Of a stretch of 64,000 nucleotides of DNA, positions 21,140 through 29,187 are shown piece by piece. Within the stretch, counting starts at the first letter, position 1; each line of letters starts with the position of its first letter. The translations under genes and the position numbers were made by a program. The stretch is from NCBI GenBank assembly GCA_902566675.1, contig CACFJO010000001.1:6394-70393 (forward strand), in the 5' to 3' direction. Origin of the DNA: an uncultured Pelagibacteraceae bacterium (lineage in GTDB: Bacteria > Pseudomonadota > Alphaproteobacteria > Pelagibacterales > Pelagibacteraceae). The notes under the pieces were generated by a model, which was not told the origin of the DNA, made no database searches, and saw only the letters and a program-made list of their open reading frames with translations.

Positions 21140-23584
21140 TTAGGCAACTAATTCTTCGGCCCTTTGAAGGTCCACAGAAACAAGTTGGCTAACTCCTTGC
21201 TCAGCCATTGTGACGCCATACAGTCTATCCATTCTAGACATTGTTAAAGCATGATGGGTAATAATAATAAATTTTGTATTAGTAATTTTTGTTAAATCAT
21301 CTAGCAAACCACAAAATCTTGTAACATTTGCGTCATCTAAAGGCGCATCTACTTCGTCTAATACGCAAATAGGGGATGGATTGACAAGAAATACGGCAAA
21401 CACTAAAGACAAAGCAGTCAAAGCTTGTTCTCCTCCAGATAGCAAAGTAATAGACTGTAATCTTTTTCCAGGAGGTGAAACAAACATTTCAAGACCTGCT
21501 TCTAAAGGATCATCAGAGTCCACTAATTCAATTTTTGCTGTTCCACCATTAAACAATTTTGTATAAACTTCGTTGAATTTTCTGTTAACTTTTGTAAATG
21601 CCTCCAATAATCTTTCTCTACCTTTTTGATTTAACTCATCAATGCTTGATTTCAACTTAACTATTGCTGAGTATAGATCAGCTCTATCATCTTCCATTTT
21701 TTTAATTTCTGTTTCGTATTTTTTAGTCTCCTCATCAGCTCTAAGATTTACAGACCCAAGAGACTCTCGTTGTTTTTTTGTTTTTTCAATCTTTTCAGAT
21801 TGATCCTCAATAGAGGGATAATTTATAGCCTCGATATCACTTAAATCTGACTGTGGTAAAATTGATGACTCATTTTCAATACCAAGTTCATTTTTAATTG
21901 AATAAAGGAGGTCTTTTTTTCTATTTTCAATTCCTTCAATAGTAGCTTCATTCCGAGCTTTATTTTCTCTGAGCCCCGTAAGCTTTAGTTGAATCTCTCT
22001 AAGGTTTTCATTTATTAAACTATATTTTTTTTCAGCTTCAATCAATTCATTTTGAATCTCCTCATTTCTTTTTTTAATATTCTCTAGATTTTGTAAGTTT
22101 TGACCTTTAGAGGTCGCGATTCTTTCAGGATTTTTTTGATTTTCGCTTATCTCTAATTTAATTTTATTTGATCTATCATTTAACTCTGAAATCATTTTTT
22201 CTGAATTAGTTTTTAAATTTCTCCAATTTTCTAATTCAACGTCAATATTTTTAATTCTCTCTTTTCTTTTTATCGAGTCACTTTCTATCGATTTATTTTT
22301 TCCATACTTTTCTGCATATTCTTCCTGAGAAAGAGTAATCTTTTTTACAAGTTGCTTTAAATCTTTAAAAGTTTCTTTTGAAAGTTTTTTATCATTATCA
22401 ATATCATTTTCGATTTGATCTAGCATTAAATCTAATTCATTTTGTAATTTATTCAATTGTGTCTTTGAAATTTGCAGTTCTTTTGAGGATTTTGTTTCCA
22501 CATCCAACAACTTATTTTCTGTATTAAGAAGATCATCTTTTTCTTTAGAAATTCTTTTTTCATTTAATTCAGCATCAAGCGAAATACTTTTTTCACGTTC
22601 TAGGTCAGATTCCACCGTTTTAATTGATTTCTCAAGTTTCTCTTGTAAAGATTTTACTCTTGCCTCTTGCTCTACAAGATTAGTCATATCTAAATTTAAT
22701 TTTTGCAAAGAAGCAGCACTCTCCATTTTTTTATCTCTTAAAGGAGAGAGTTTTTTATTTTCTTCCTCTAAAAGAGTATTATTATGATTATAATCAATAT
22801 TAATCGCACTTATTTCATCTTCAAGTTCACTTAGTTTTTCCTGTATTTGTTTCTTATCTTTCTCGATATCCTTTATTTTCAAAAAATATAAACCAGCTTC
22901 AATTCTTTTTATTTGACCGGATATTTCTTTATATTTAGTAGCTTCTTCTGCTTGTTTTTTTAAATTATCGAGCTGTTTTTGTTGCTGTTTTTTTAATTCA
23001 TCAGCTCTTTTCAAATTATTTTCTGCTGCGTTTAATCTTGTCTCAGCCTCTTGTCTTCTAGCATGAATGCCTGAAATTCCTGCCGCTTCTTCTAAAATTG
23101 CTTTTCTTTCAATAGGTTTAGCAATCACTAATTGTCCAATTCTTCCTTGGCTAATAAGAGATGGTGAATGAGCACCAGTTGAGAGATCTGCAAAAAAAGT
23201 TTGCACGTCTCTTGCTCTAACCTCTTTATCGTTGATGTAATATTTAGAACCTTTATCTTTCTCTATTTTTCTTTTTATTGAAATTTCATCAAAATCTTTG
23301 TACTGAAGTGGACCTTTTTTTTCTTGATTATCTAATAGCAAAGCGACCTCAGAAATATTTTTCGATGCCCTATTTGAGGTTCCAGAAAAAATTACATCTT
23401 CCATCCCTGATCCCCTCATACTTTTTGCAGAGTTCTCTCCCATACACCATCTAAGTGCTTCCACGATATTTGATTTTCCGCATCCATTTGGACCAACAAT
23501 ACCAGTAAGACCTTTCTCAATTAAAACTGTTGTTTTTTCAGAGAAAGATTTAAAACCTGTCATTTCTAAATTTTTAAATTTCAT
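21140..23584 (-). CDS. smc: Chromosome segregation ATPase SMC, short form (814 aa) with no recognisable hinge
   Basis: GFKSF, Walker A GPNGCGKSN, Q-loop ISQGRI, GSVNLRA, signature LSGGEQ, Walker B/D-loop LDEVDAPLD, ITHH; middle region purely coiled-coil-like. Confidence 0.92.
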   Translation of the reverse strand: MKFKNLEMTGFKSFSEKTTVLIEKGLTGIVGPNGCGKSNIVEALRWCMGENSAKSMRGSGMEDVIFSGTSNRASKNISEVALLLDNQEKKGPLQYKDFDEISIKRKIEKDKGSKYYINDKEVRARDVQTFFADLSTGAHSPSLISQGRIGQLVIAKPIERKAILEEAAGISGIHARRQEAETRLNAAENNLKRADELKKQQQKQLDNLKKQAEEATKYKEISGQIKRIEAGLYFLKIKDIEKDKKQIQEKLSELEDEISAINIDYNHNNTLLEEENKKLSPLRDKKMESAASLQKLNLDMTNLVEQEARVKSLQEKLEKSIKTVESDLEREKSISLDAELNEKRISKEKDDLLNTENKLLDVETKSSKELQISKTQLNKLQNELDLMLDQIENDIDNDKKLSKETFKDLKQLVKKITLSQEEYAEKYGKNKSIESDSIKRKERIKNIDVELENWRNLKTNSEKMISELNDRSNKIKLEISENQKNPERIATSKGQNLQNLENIKKRNEEIQNELIEAEKKYSLINENLREIQLKLTGLRENKARNEATIEGIENRKKDLLYSIKNELGIENESSILPQSDLSDIEAINYPSIEDQSEKIEKTKKQRESLGSVNLRADEETKKYETEIKKMEDDRADLYSAIVKLKSSIDELNQKGRERLLEAFTKVNRKFNEVYTKLFNGGTAKIELVDSDDPLEAGLEMFVSPPGKRLQSITLLSGGEQALTALSLVFAVFLVNPSPICVLDEVDAPLDDANVTRFCGLLDDLTKITNTKFIIITHHALTMSRMDRLYGVTMAEQGVSQLVSVDLQRAEELVA

Positions 23585-24187
23585 TTAAAGTTTTTTTTCT
23601 AAAAGTTTTTTAAATTCTTTATAGTCCAGTTTACCTAAATATTTTTTTTCATTAATTATAACCGTAGGTGTGCCTTCAATTTTATATTTTTTTTGTGCAT
23701 CTATCCTTTGATTTAAAATTTCATCTTGTGATTTTTCGTCATTAAGGCAGTTTATCATATCCTTATTATTTAAGCTTACTTCTGAACCAATTTTTTTTAT
23801 TGATTCATTTATCTTATTTATATCAGATCCAACTGCCCAAATTTTTTGTTTTTCATAAATTTTACCAAGAAGTTCAAACCTTTTTTTGTTATCAACATGA
23901 CATCTTAATATAATCTCTGCGTTAAGAGCAGCCAAATCCAAAGGGAATGGGTGGTGTTCGAATCTTACCAAACCTTTATCAATAAAATCTTTTTTCATTT
24001 GATAGAAGATTTTTGAATGCCAATTAGCACATGAGGGACAAGTCAAAGATGAAAAAACCTTAACCACCACTTTTGCATCAGTATTACCAATGCTTAATAC
24101 TGTATTTTTAGCTTGCGCATCAAATATTAAAAAAAATAATATGAACAACTTGCAAAATATTTTATTTACTTTTTTCATTATATGCAT
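23585..24187 (-). CDS. DsbA-like thioredoxin-fold protein
   Basis: Signal peptide, SLTCPSCA.WH, FPLD, GTPT cis-Pro loop. Confidence 0.88.
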   Translation of the reverse strand: MHIMKKVNKIFCKLFILFFLIFDAQAKNTVLSIGNTDAKVVVKVFSSLTCPSCANWHSKIFYQMKKDFIDKGLVRFEHHPFPLDLAALNAEIILRCHVDNKKRFELLGKIYEKQKIWAVGSDINKINESIKKIGSEVSLNNKDMINCLNDEKSQDEILNQRIDAQKKYKIEGTPTVIINEKKYLGKLDYKEFKKLLEKKL

Positions 24188-24647
24188 CCAAAAAACTTTT
24201 TAGAGAACTTTTAAGCTGCTCGTCTTTTACCATATTCATTTCTTTATCAATCTTATTAAAATTTTTAATTTTTGGTAATAGATTTTTCTTTGTGGCAATT
24301 TTATCCTGAATAATTTTTAGAGTTATATCACTTATGCATTTAAAACCGAAAAAACTATTAATTTTATCAATTATTTCATTTTTTTTATATTCAACTTCTA
24401 TTTCCTTTCCATGAATAACTGTTAGAACCAAAGTTCCATTTTTCATGTCTTTTTTCATTTTTATTGTAATTGGATAACAAATATCTGAAATTTCATTACT
24501 TACTATTTTTGTCCAGTTATCAATTATATTTGAATAGCTATAACTTCCTTTTCTTAAATGCTTTTTTAAAGTTTTTGGAATAGATTTTGAAAAAGGACGA
24601 AGGCCTTGTATGTAAGACTGTGTTTTATTATTATTTTTATTATGCAT
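24162..24647 (-). CDS. DUF721/DciA family protein (helicase-loader family)
   Basis: NW.KIV...I...C.P..I pattern, II.KINSFFG...I..I; DUF721-dsbA-smc order divergent from mutY. Confidence 0.8.
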   Translation of the reverse strand: MHNKNNNKTQSYIQGLRPFSKSIPKTLKKHLRKGSYSYSNIIDNWTKIVSNEISDICYPITIKMKKDMKNGTLVLTVIHGKEIEVEYKKNEIIDKINSFFGFKCISDITLKIIQDKIATKKNLLPKIKNFNKIDKEMNMVKDEQLKSSLKSFLDAYNEKSK

Positions 24648-25643
24648 ATTAATTCAACTTTACCAAAAAAAATTTTAGCATGGTATGATAATAGCAAAAG
24701 AGAACTACCCTGGCGTGTTGGCAAAAAGTCACCTAAAAAGCAGTATTATAGACTTTTGAGTGAATTTATGTTGCAACAGACACAAGTTAAAACAGTAATT
24801 CCTTATTTTAATAAATTTAGAAAAAAATTTAGAACAATTAAAGCTTTATCTAAAGGTAACGAGAGAGAAGTATTAAAGATGTGGGAAGGCCTAGGGTATT
24901 ATAGAAGAGCAAGAAATCTTTTAAAGTGTTCAAGATTACTGGTAAAGAATTATAAATCTAAGTTACCAAGTTCAATAATTGAAATAAAAAAACTTCCTGG
25001 AATAGGAGAGTATACTGCTAATGCACTACTTGGCATGATTTATAATCAACCCAGAATTGCTTTAGATGGTAATGTAAAAAGAGTATTTTCAAGAAATTTA
25101 AACATCGAAGAAAAAAAAATTAATTTTGATAAATTTGTTGAAAAAAATAAAAAAAAACTTTTTATTACAAATCGAAACTCAGACTTTGTCGAAGCTTTAA
25201 TGGAATTTGGCGCATTAATATGTAAACCAAAAGACCCAAATTGTCTTATCTGTTGTTTGAATAAAACGTGCAAGTATTTTAAATCTGATAAGAAAATAAA
25301 AAGTATTCGAAATAGAATGATTAAAAATAAAAATTATGATATTTTTTGTTATATTAATCGAAAACAACAAATTGCTCTGACAAAAAATAATCAAATTAGT
25401 TTTCTTAAAAATTTCAATTTGCCGGAGATAAAAGAAGTGAAAAGTTTTTCAAAAAATCGAAATTGGAAATTTCTAAAAAATTATAAGAATTCAATTTCAA
25501 ATTTAAAATTAAATATAAATCTATATTATAAATTTTCAAATAAACTTCCACCAAATTATAATTGGTATTCTTTAAAAAAGAACAAAGAATTTGTTCCAAG
25601 TTTTACGAAAAAAATATTTAGACAAGTATCAACTTTATTTTAA
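24642..25643 (+). CDS. mutY: A/G-specific adenine glycosylase (likely ATG at 24642)
   Basis: WYD..KRELPWR, SEFMLQQTQV, WEGLGYYRRARNL, LPGIGEYTA, LDGNVKRV, Fe-S motif C-X6-C-X2-C-X5-C. Confidence 0.93.
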   Translation: MHINSTLPKKILAWYDNSKRELPWRVGKKSPKKQYYRLLSEFMLQQTQVKTVIPYFNKFRKKFRTIKALSKGNEREVLKMWEGLGYYRRARNLLKCSRLLVKNYKSKLPSSIIEIKKLPGIGEYTANALLGMIYNQPRIALDGNVKRVFSRNLNIEEKKINFDKFVEKNKKKLFITNRNSDFVEALMEFGALICKPKDPNCLICCLNKTCKYFKSDKKIKSIRNRMIKNKNYDIFCYINRKQQIALTKNNQISFLKNFNLPEIKEVKSFSKNRNWKFLKNYKNSISNLKLNINLYYKFSNKLPPNYNWYSLKKNKEFVPSFTKKIFRQVSTLF

Positions 25644-26773
25644 TGAAAAAAAAATTAGCAATAATTGGTGCTGGAATAGCAGGTTTAACTCTCGCAAACT
25701 TAATCAAAAAAAATTCTGATTTTGAATTTATGTTGTATGAGAAACAGGAAAGTTTATCTCTAGATGAAGGATATGGAATTCAACTTTCACCTAATTGCAT
25801 AAAACTTTTAAATTTAATAGGGTTTGGTAAAATAAATAATGATGAGATATTTCATCCAAAAGGTGTTGATTTTTTAAATATTAAAAATAAAAAAATTTGC
25901 GATTTAGACCTCACACAATTTAACACTAAAGAGTGTAAATATACAACTTTACACAGATCAACCTTAATTGAGTTCTTAAAAGACGATGTATACACTCAAC
26001 ATTTAAGGTTTGGAAAAAAAATAAAAGAAGTTTCTGAACTTAAGGGAAAAGTTCTTATTAAATTCGATGATAATACCAATGATCTTGTCGATTTAGTAGT
26101 TGGTGCAGATGGTATTTTTTCTAATACAAGATCCTTTTTTGAAAAAAAGAAAAATGAGCCAAAATTTAAAAAAGCTATAGCTATTAGAACAATTCTAAAA
26201 TCAAAATCTGAAATTAATATTGATGATGAAAAAATAAGTTTAATGTTAGGAAAAAACTGTCATCTAGTTTTCTATCCGGTTAATAAAGACAAAGAAATAA
26301 ATCTTGTTTGTATTATAAGAGATAAAAAATATGAACCAGAGAATGTTAAATCATTAATTGAAAAAGTAGTCAGTCAAAACTCTAATTTAGAAACAGCTTT
26401 TAAAGGTGATTTAAAATCTTGGCCTTTGTATTTCACACCTAAAATAATTCCTTCTACTAATAATAAAGTGTTTTATATTGGAGATGCATTTAATGGTTTT
26501 TTACCGACATTAGCTCAAGGTGCTGGCCAATCAATAGAAAGTGCTTATGAATTTTTCAATTTAATTAAAAATGATAAGACAGATATTCATAATACTTATT
26601 TTAAGGAAAGATCTAAAAGGGCTAAACTTGTTAGAAAAAGAGCAAATCTAAATTTCGTTGCTTTTCACTTCTCGAGTTCAATTATGCAAGCTATTAGAAA
26701 CTTCTTTATGAAGTTTCTTGTTAAAAGAAAAAGTTTTATAAGCTCTTATTTGGGTACCATTTACAGAAACTAG
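25643..26773 (+). CDS. FAD-dependent monooxygenase (salicylate-hydroxylase-like, group A)
   Basis: IIGAGIAGL, GIQLSPN, VGADGIFS.TR, IGDA...PTLAQGAGQSIE. Confidence 0.8.
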   Translation: MKKKLAIIGAGIAGLTLANLIKKNSDFEFMLYEKQESLSLDEGYGIQLSPNCIKLLNLIGFGKINNDEIFHPKGVDFLNIKNKKICDLDLTQFNTKECKYTTLHRSTLIEFLKDDVYTQHLRFGKKIKEVSELKGKVLIKFDDNTNDLVDLVVGADGIFSNTRSFFEKKKNEPKFKKAIAIRTILKSKSEINIDDEKISLMLGKNCHLVFYPVNKDKEINLVCIIRDKKYEPENVKSLIEKVVSQNSNLETAFKGDLKSWPLYFTPKIIPSTNNKVFYIGDAFNGFLPTLAQGAGQSIESAYEFFNLIKNDKTDIHNTYFKERSKRAKLVRKRANLNFVAFHFSSSIMQAIRNFFMKFLVKRKSFISSYLGTIYRN

Positions 26774-27843
26774 ATTTGCTTTTCCGAAATGAACTTTTGT
26801 CTAAGACTATCGATGAGAACAGTTGATCCATTCATATTATAATGCCAATAAGTCCAACCATTACAGCTCTCAGCACCTATAATTTTTGCAGCAATTTTAT
26901 GAATTGACCCTTCATTATCCTTATATTTTATACTGCCATCAGCCATTATCTTTGCATTAATTTTTTTTTTAGGATCAAATAAAGATGCACCAGGTTTAAT
27001 AATTCCCATCTCAACAAGAGACCCAAAAGGTACCCTAGGTTTTGACTTATTATTTTCGATAGTATCTAGGTAATTATCCTCAATTTTTAAAGTTTTGCCA
27101 ATTCTTTCTTTTGCAGCATTAAAATAAGATTTTTCTTTTTCAATCCCATAATAGTTTCTGCCTAACTTTTTGGCTACAACCGCAGTTGTTCCTGTTCCTA
27201 GAAAAGGATCAAAAACTATATCTCCTTTATTTGTAGTTGCTAACAATATTCTATGAAGTAATGCCTGTGGTTTTTGTGTAGAATGTATTTTTTTTCCATT
27301 TCTCTTTAATCTTTCTTTTCCGCTACATATTGGAAATGTCCAATCAGACCTCATTTGTAAATCATCATTTAAACATTTAAGAGATTGATAATTAAAAGTA
27401 TATTTTGAATTTTTACTTTTTGACGCCCAAATAAGAGTTTCATGTGCATTGGTGAATCTTGTGCCTCTAAAATTGGGCATTGGGTTATTTTTTTTCCAAA
27501 TGACATCATTAAGCAACCAATAATTTAAATTTTGCAAGTGATATCCCAATCGAAAAATATTATGATAAGAGCCTATTACCCATATTGATCCATTATCTTT
27601 TAAAATTCTTTTACATTCCTTTAACCAAGTTTTGCAGAAATCATCGTAATGTTTAAAACTGTTAAACTTATCCCATTTATCAGTTACCCCATTTACTTTA
27701 CTAGAGTCTGGGCGAGTTAATTTTTCACCTATTTGCATGTTGTAAGGTGGATCAGCAAACACTAAGTCAAAAGTTTTTGCTGGAATTTTTTTTAATTCCT
27801 TCAAACAATCACCATTTAAAATTTTGTTGGAAAATTTTGACAT
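26770..27843 (-). CDS. ccrM: Cell-cycle-regulated DNA adenine methyltransferase (GANTC-type)
   Basis: FADPPYN, GSYHNIFRLG, NPMPNFRGTRFTNAHETLIW, HSTQKP, DPFLGTGTT, C-terminal GSIH...CNGWTYW; next to rnhB. Confidence 0.94.
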   Translation of the reverse strand: MSKFSNKILNGDCLKELKKIPAKTFDLVFADPPYNMQIGEKLTRPDSSKVNGVTDKWDKFNSFKHYDDFCKTWLKECKRILKDNGSIWVIGSYHNIFRLGYHLQNLNYWLLNDVIWKKNNPMPNFRGTRFTNAHETLIWASKSKNSKYTFNYQSLKCLNDDLQMRSDWTFPICSGKERLKRNGKKIHSTQKPQALLHRILLATTNKGDIVFDPFLGTGTTAVVAKKLGRNYYGIEKEKSYFNAAKERIGKTLKIEDNYLDTIENNKSKPRVPFGSLVEMGIIKPGASLFDPKKKINAKIMADGSIKYKDNEGSIHKIAAKIIGAESCNGWTYWHYNMNGSTVLIDSLRQKFISEKQI

Positions 27844-27848
27844 TCTGC

Positions 27849-27903
27849 GATTCAACCCTAAATTGAATCAAGCGTCAAACCATTTTTAAAGAAAAAAAGA
27901 GTC
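27849..27903. promoter_or_regulatory. GANTC cluster and inverted repeat upstream of ccrM
   Basis: GATTCAA(27849-27855)-N7-TTGAATC(27863-27869) perfect inverted repeat holding two GANTC sites, plus GAGTC at 27899-27903. Confidence 0.65.
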
Positions 27904-27921
27904 TTCTTGTGTTAGAAACTT

Positions 27922-28491
27922 CTACCTCGACAATATCTTGTGTACCGGTTTAAATCCTTTTCTGTGATGAACTGTTACACCAAACTTTTTTAAACCAGTT
28001 AAGTGAGCTTTAGTACCATACCCAAAATTTTTCTCCCAAGCATAATTAGAAAATTTTTTTGACAATTTGATCATAATCTTATCTCTGTAAACTTTTGCAA
28101 TTATAGAAGCTGCACTTATAACTTTAATTTTTTCGTCACCATTAATAATAGTTCTATAATTTTTCAAACCTTTTGGGGCAAAGTTTCCATCTATTAAAGT
28201 TAAGTTTGGTTTTATAGATAATCGCTCAATAGCTCTTTTCATAGAGAGCAATGACGCTTGCAAGATATTAAAGTTTAAGATCTCATCTACTGATGCTATT
28301 CCAAGCGCATAATAAGAGTTATTTTTAATATGCTCTGCAATTTCTATTCTATTTTTGTATTTTATTTGCTTCGAATCTTTCAAAACCTTTAAGTTTATAC
28401 CTTTTTTGAATATAACTGCTGCTGAGACAACTGGACCCGCTAAACATCCCCTACCAACTTCATCTACACCTGCTGTAATTAAATTTTTCAA
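27922..28491 (-). CDS. rnhB: Ribonuclease HII
   Basis: AGVDEVGRGCLAGPV, DSK, IDGN, AASIIAKV.RD, GYGT..H, HR..F.PV. Confidence 0.96.
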   Translation of the reverse strand: MKNLITAGVDEVGRGCLAGPVVSAAVIFKKGINLKVLKDSKQIKYKNRIEIAEHIKNNSYYALGIASVDEILNFNILQASLLSMKRAIERLSIKPNLTLIDGNFAPKGLKNYRTIINGDEKIKVISAASIIAKVYRDKIMIKLSKKFSNYAWEKNFGYGTKAHLTGLKKFGVTVHHRKGFKPVHKILSR

Positions 28492-29184
28492 TTAAATTTT
28501 AAGTATATTTTTTTTTTCTCTTATCATTTTAAGATCAATCCAAGCCATTTTTTTTTGGGCTGGTTGCCTCATTAAAAATGCTGGATGAAAAGTTATGATA
28601 ACAGAGGTAACGCATGCTCCAAATTTTTTTTCTATCCATTTACCTCTCATTTTTGAAATTACAATGTCTTTTCCTATTAAAGCATTCATAGCAGTACTTC
28701 CAAGCAATACTAAGATTTTTGGTTGAATTATTTCAATATGTTTAGAAATAAATGGAAGATACCTTTTAATTTCATCATCAGTAGGTCTTCTATTTTCTGG
28801 TGGGCGAAAGTTAATAATGTTTGATATATAGACTTTTTTTCTATCCAAATCGATAGCAGACAACATTTTATCTAATAATTGTCCTGCTCTACCCACAAAA
28901 GGTAAACCCTCCTGATCTTCGTTTGCTCCAGGTGCTTCGCCAATAAGCATAATTTTAGATTTTGGGTTTCCATCACTAAAAACAATATTTTTCGCATTTT
29001 TTTTCAAATCACAATTTTTAATATTTACTATAGACTCTTTTAAAAGATCTAAGCTTTTAGCTTTATTAACTGATAATTCAAAATTACTCTTTTTATATCT
29101 ATTGATTGCCTTATTGTTGTAAATTAGATTATGATTTATTAGATTGTAATACTCTATTAATTTTGTTGAACTATTTTTGAACAT
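28492..29184 (-). CDS. Uracil-DNA glycosylase family 4 (likely ATG at 29184)
   Basis: IGEAPGANED..G.PFVGRAGQLL, RPP.NR.P, TFHPAFLMR. Confidence 0.9.
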   Translation of the reverse strand: MFKNSSTKLIEYYNLINHNLIYNNKAINRYKKSNFELSVNKAKSLDLLKESIVNIKNCDLKKNAKNIVFSDGNPKSKIMLIGEAPGANEDQEGLPFVGRAGQLLDKMLSAIDLDRKKVYISNIINFRPPENRRPTDDEIKRYLPFISKHIEIIQPKILVLLGSTAMNALIGKDIVISKMRGKWIEKKFGACVTSVIITFHPAFLMRQPAQKKMAWIDLKMIREKKNILKI

Positions 29185-29187
29185 TAT

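Noticed and set aside
21140-23584. SMC-like protein as a Wadjet/JetC, SbcC/Rad50 or RecN component
   Set aside because: Head sequences and the DUF721-dsbA-smc context match the housekeeping SMC; there are no jetABD or sbcD neighbours and no zinc hook.
25280-25643. Degenerate, extremely AT-rich MutY C-terminus suggesting a pseudogene
   Set aside because: The frame is open to a stop coupled with the next gene, and the catalytic and Fe-S motifs are intact; better explained as a shortened, diverged C-terminal domain.
26770-27843. DNA methyltransferase as part of a restriction-modification or defence system
   Set aside because: It has the CcrM-specific motifs and C-terminal domain, the usual rnhB neighbour, and no adjacent endonuclease; it is an orphan regulatory methyltransferase.
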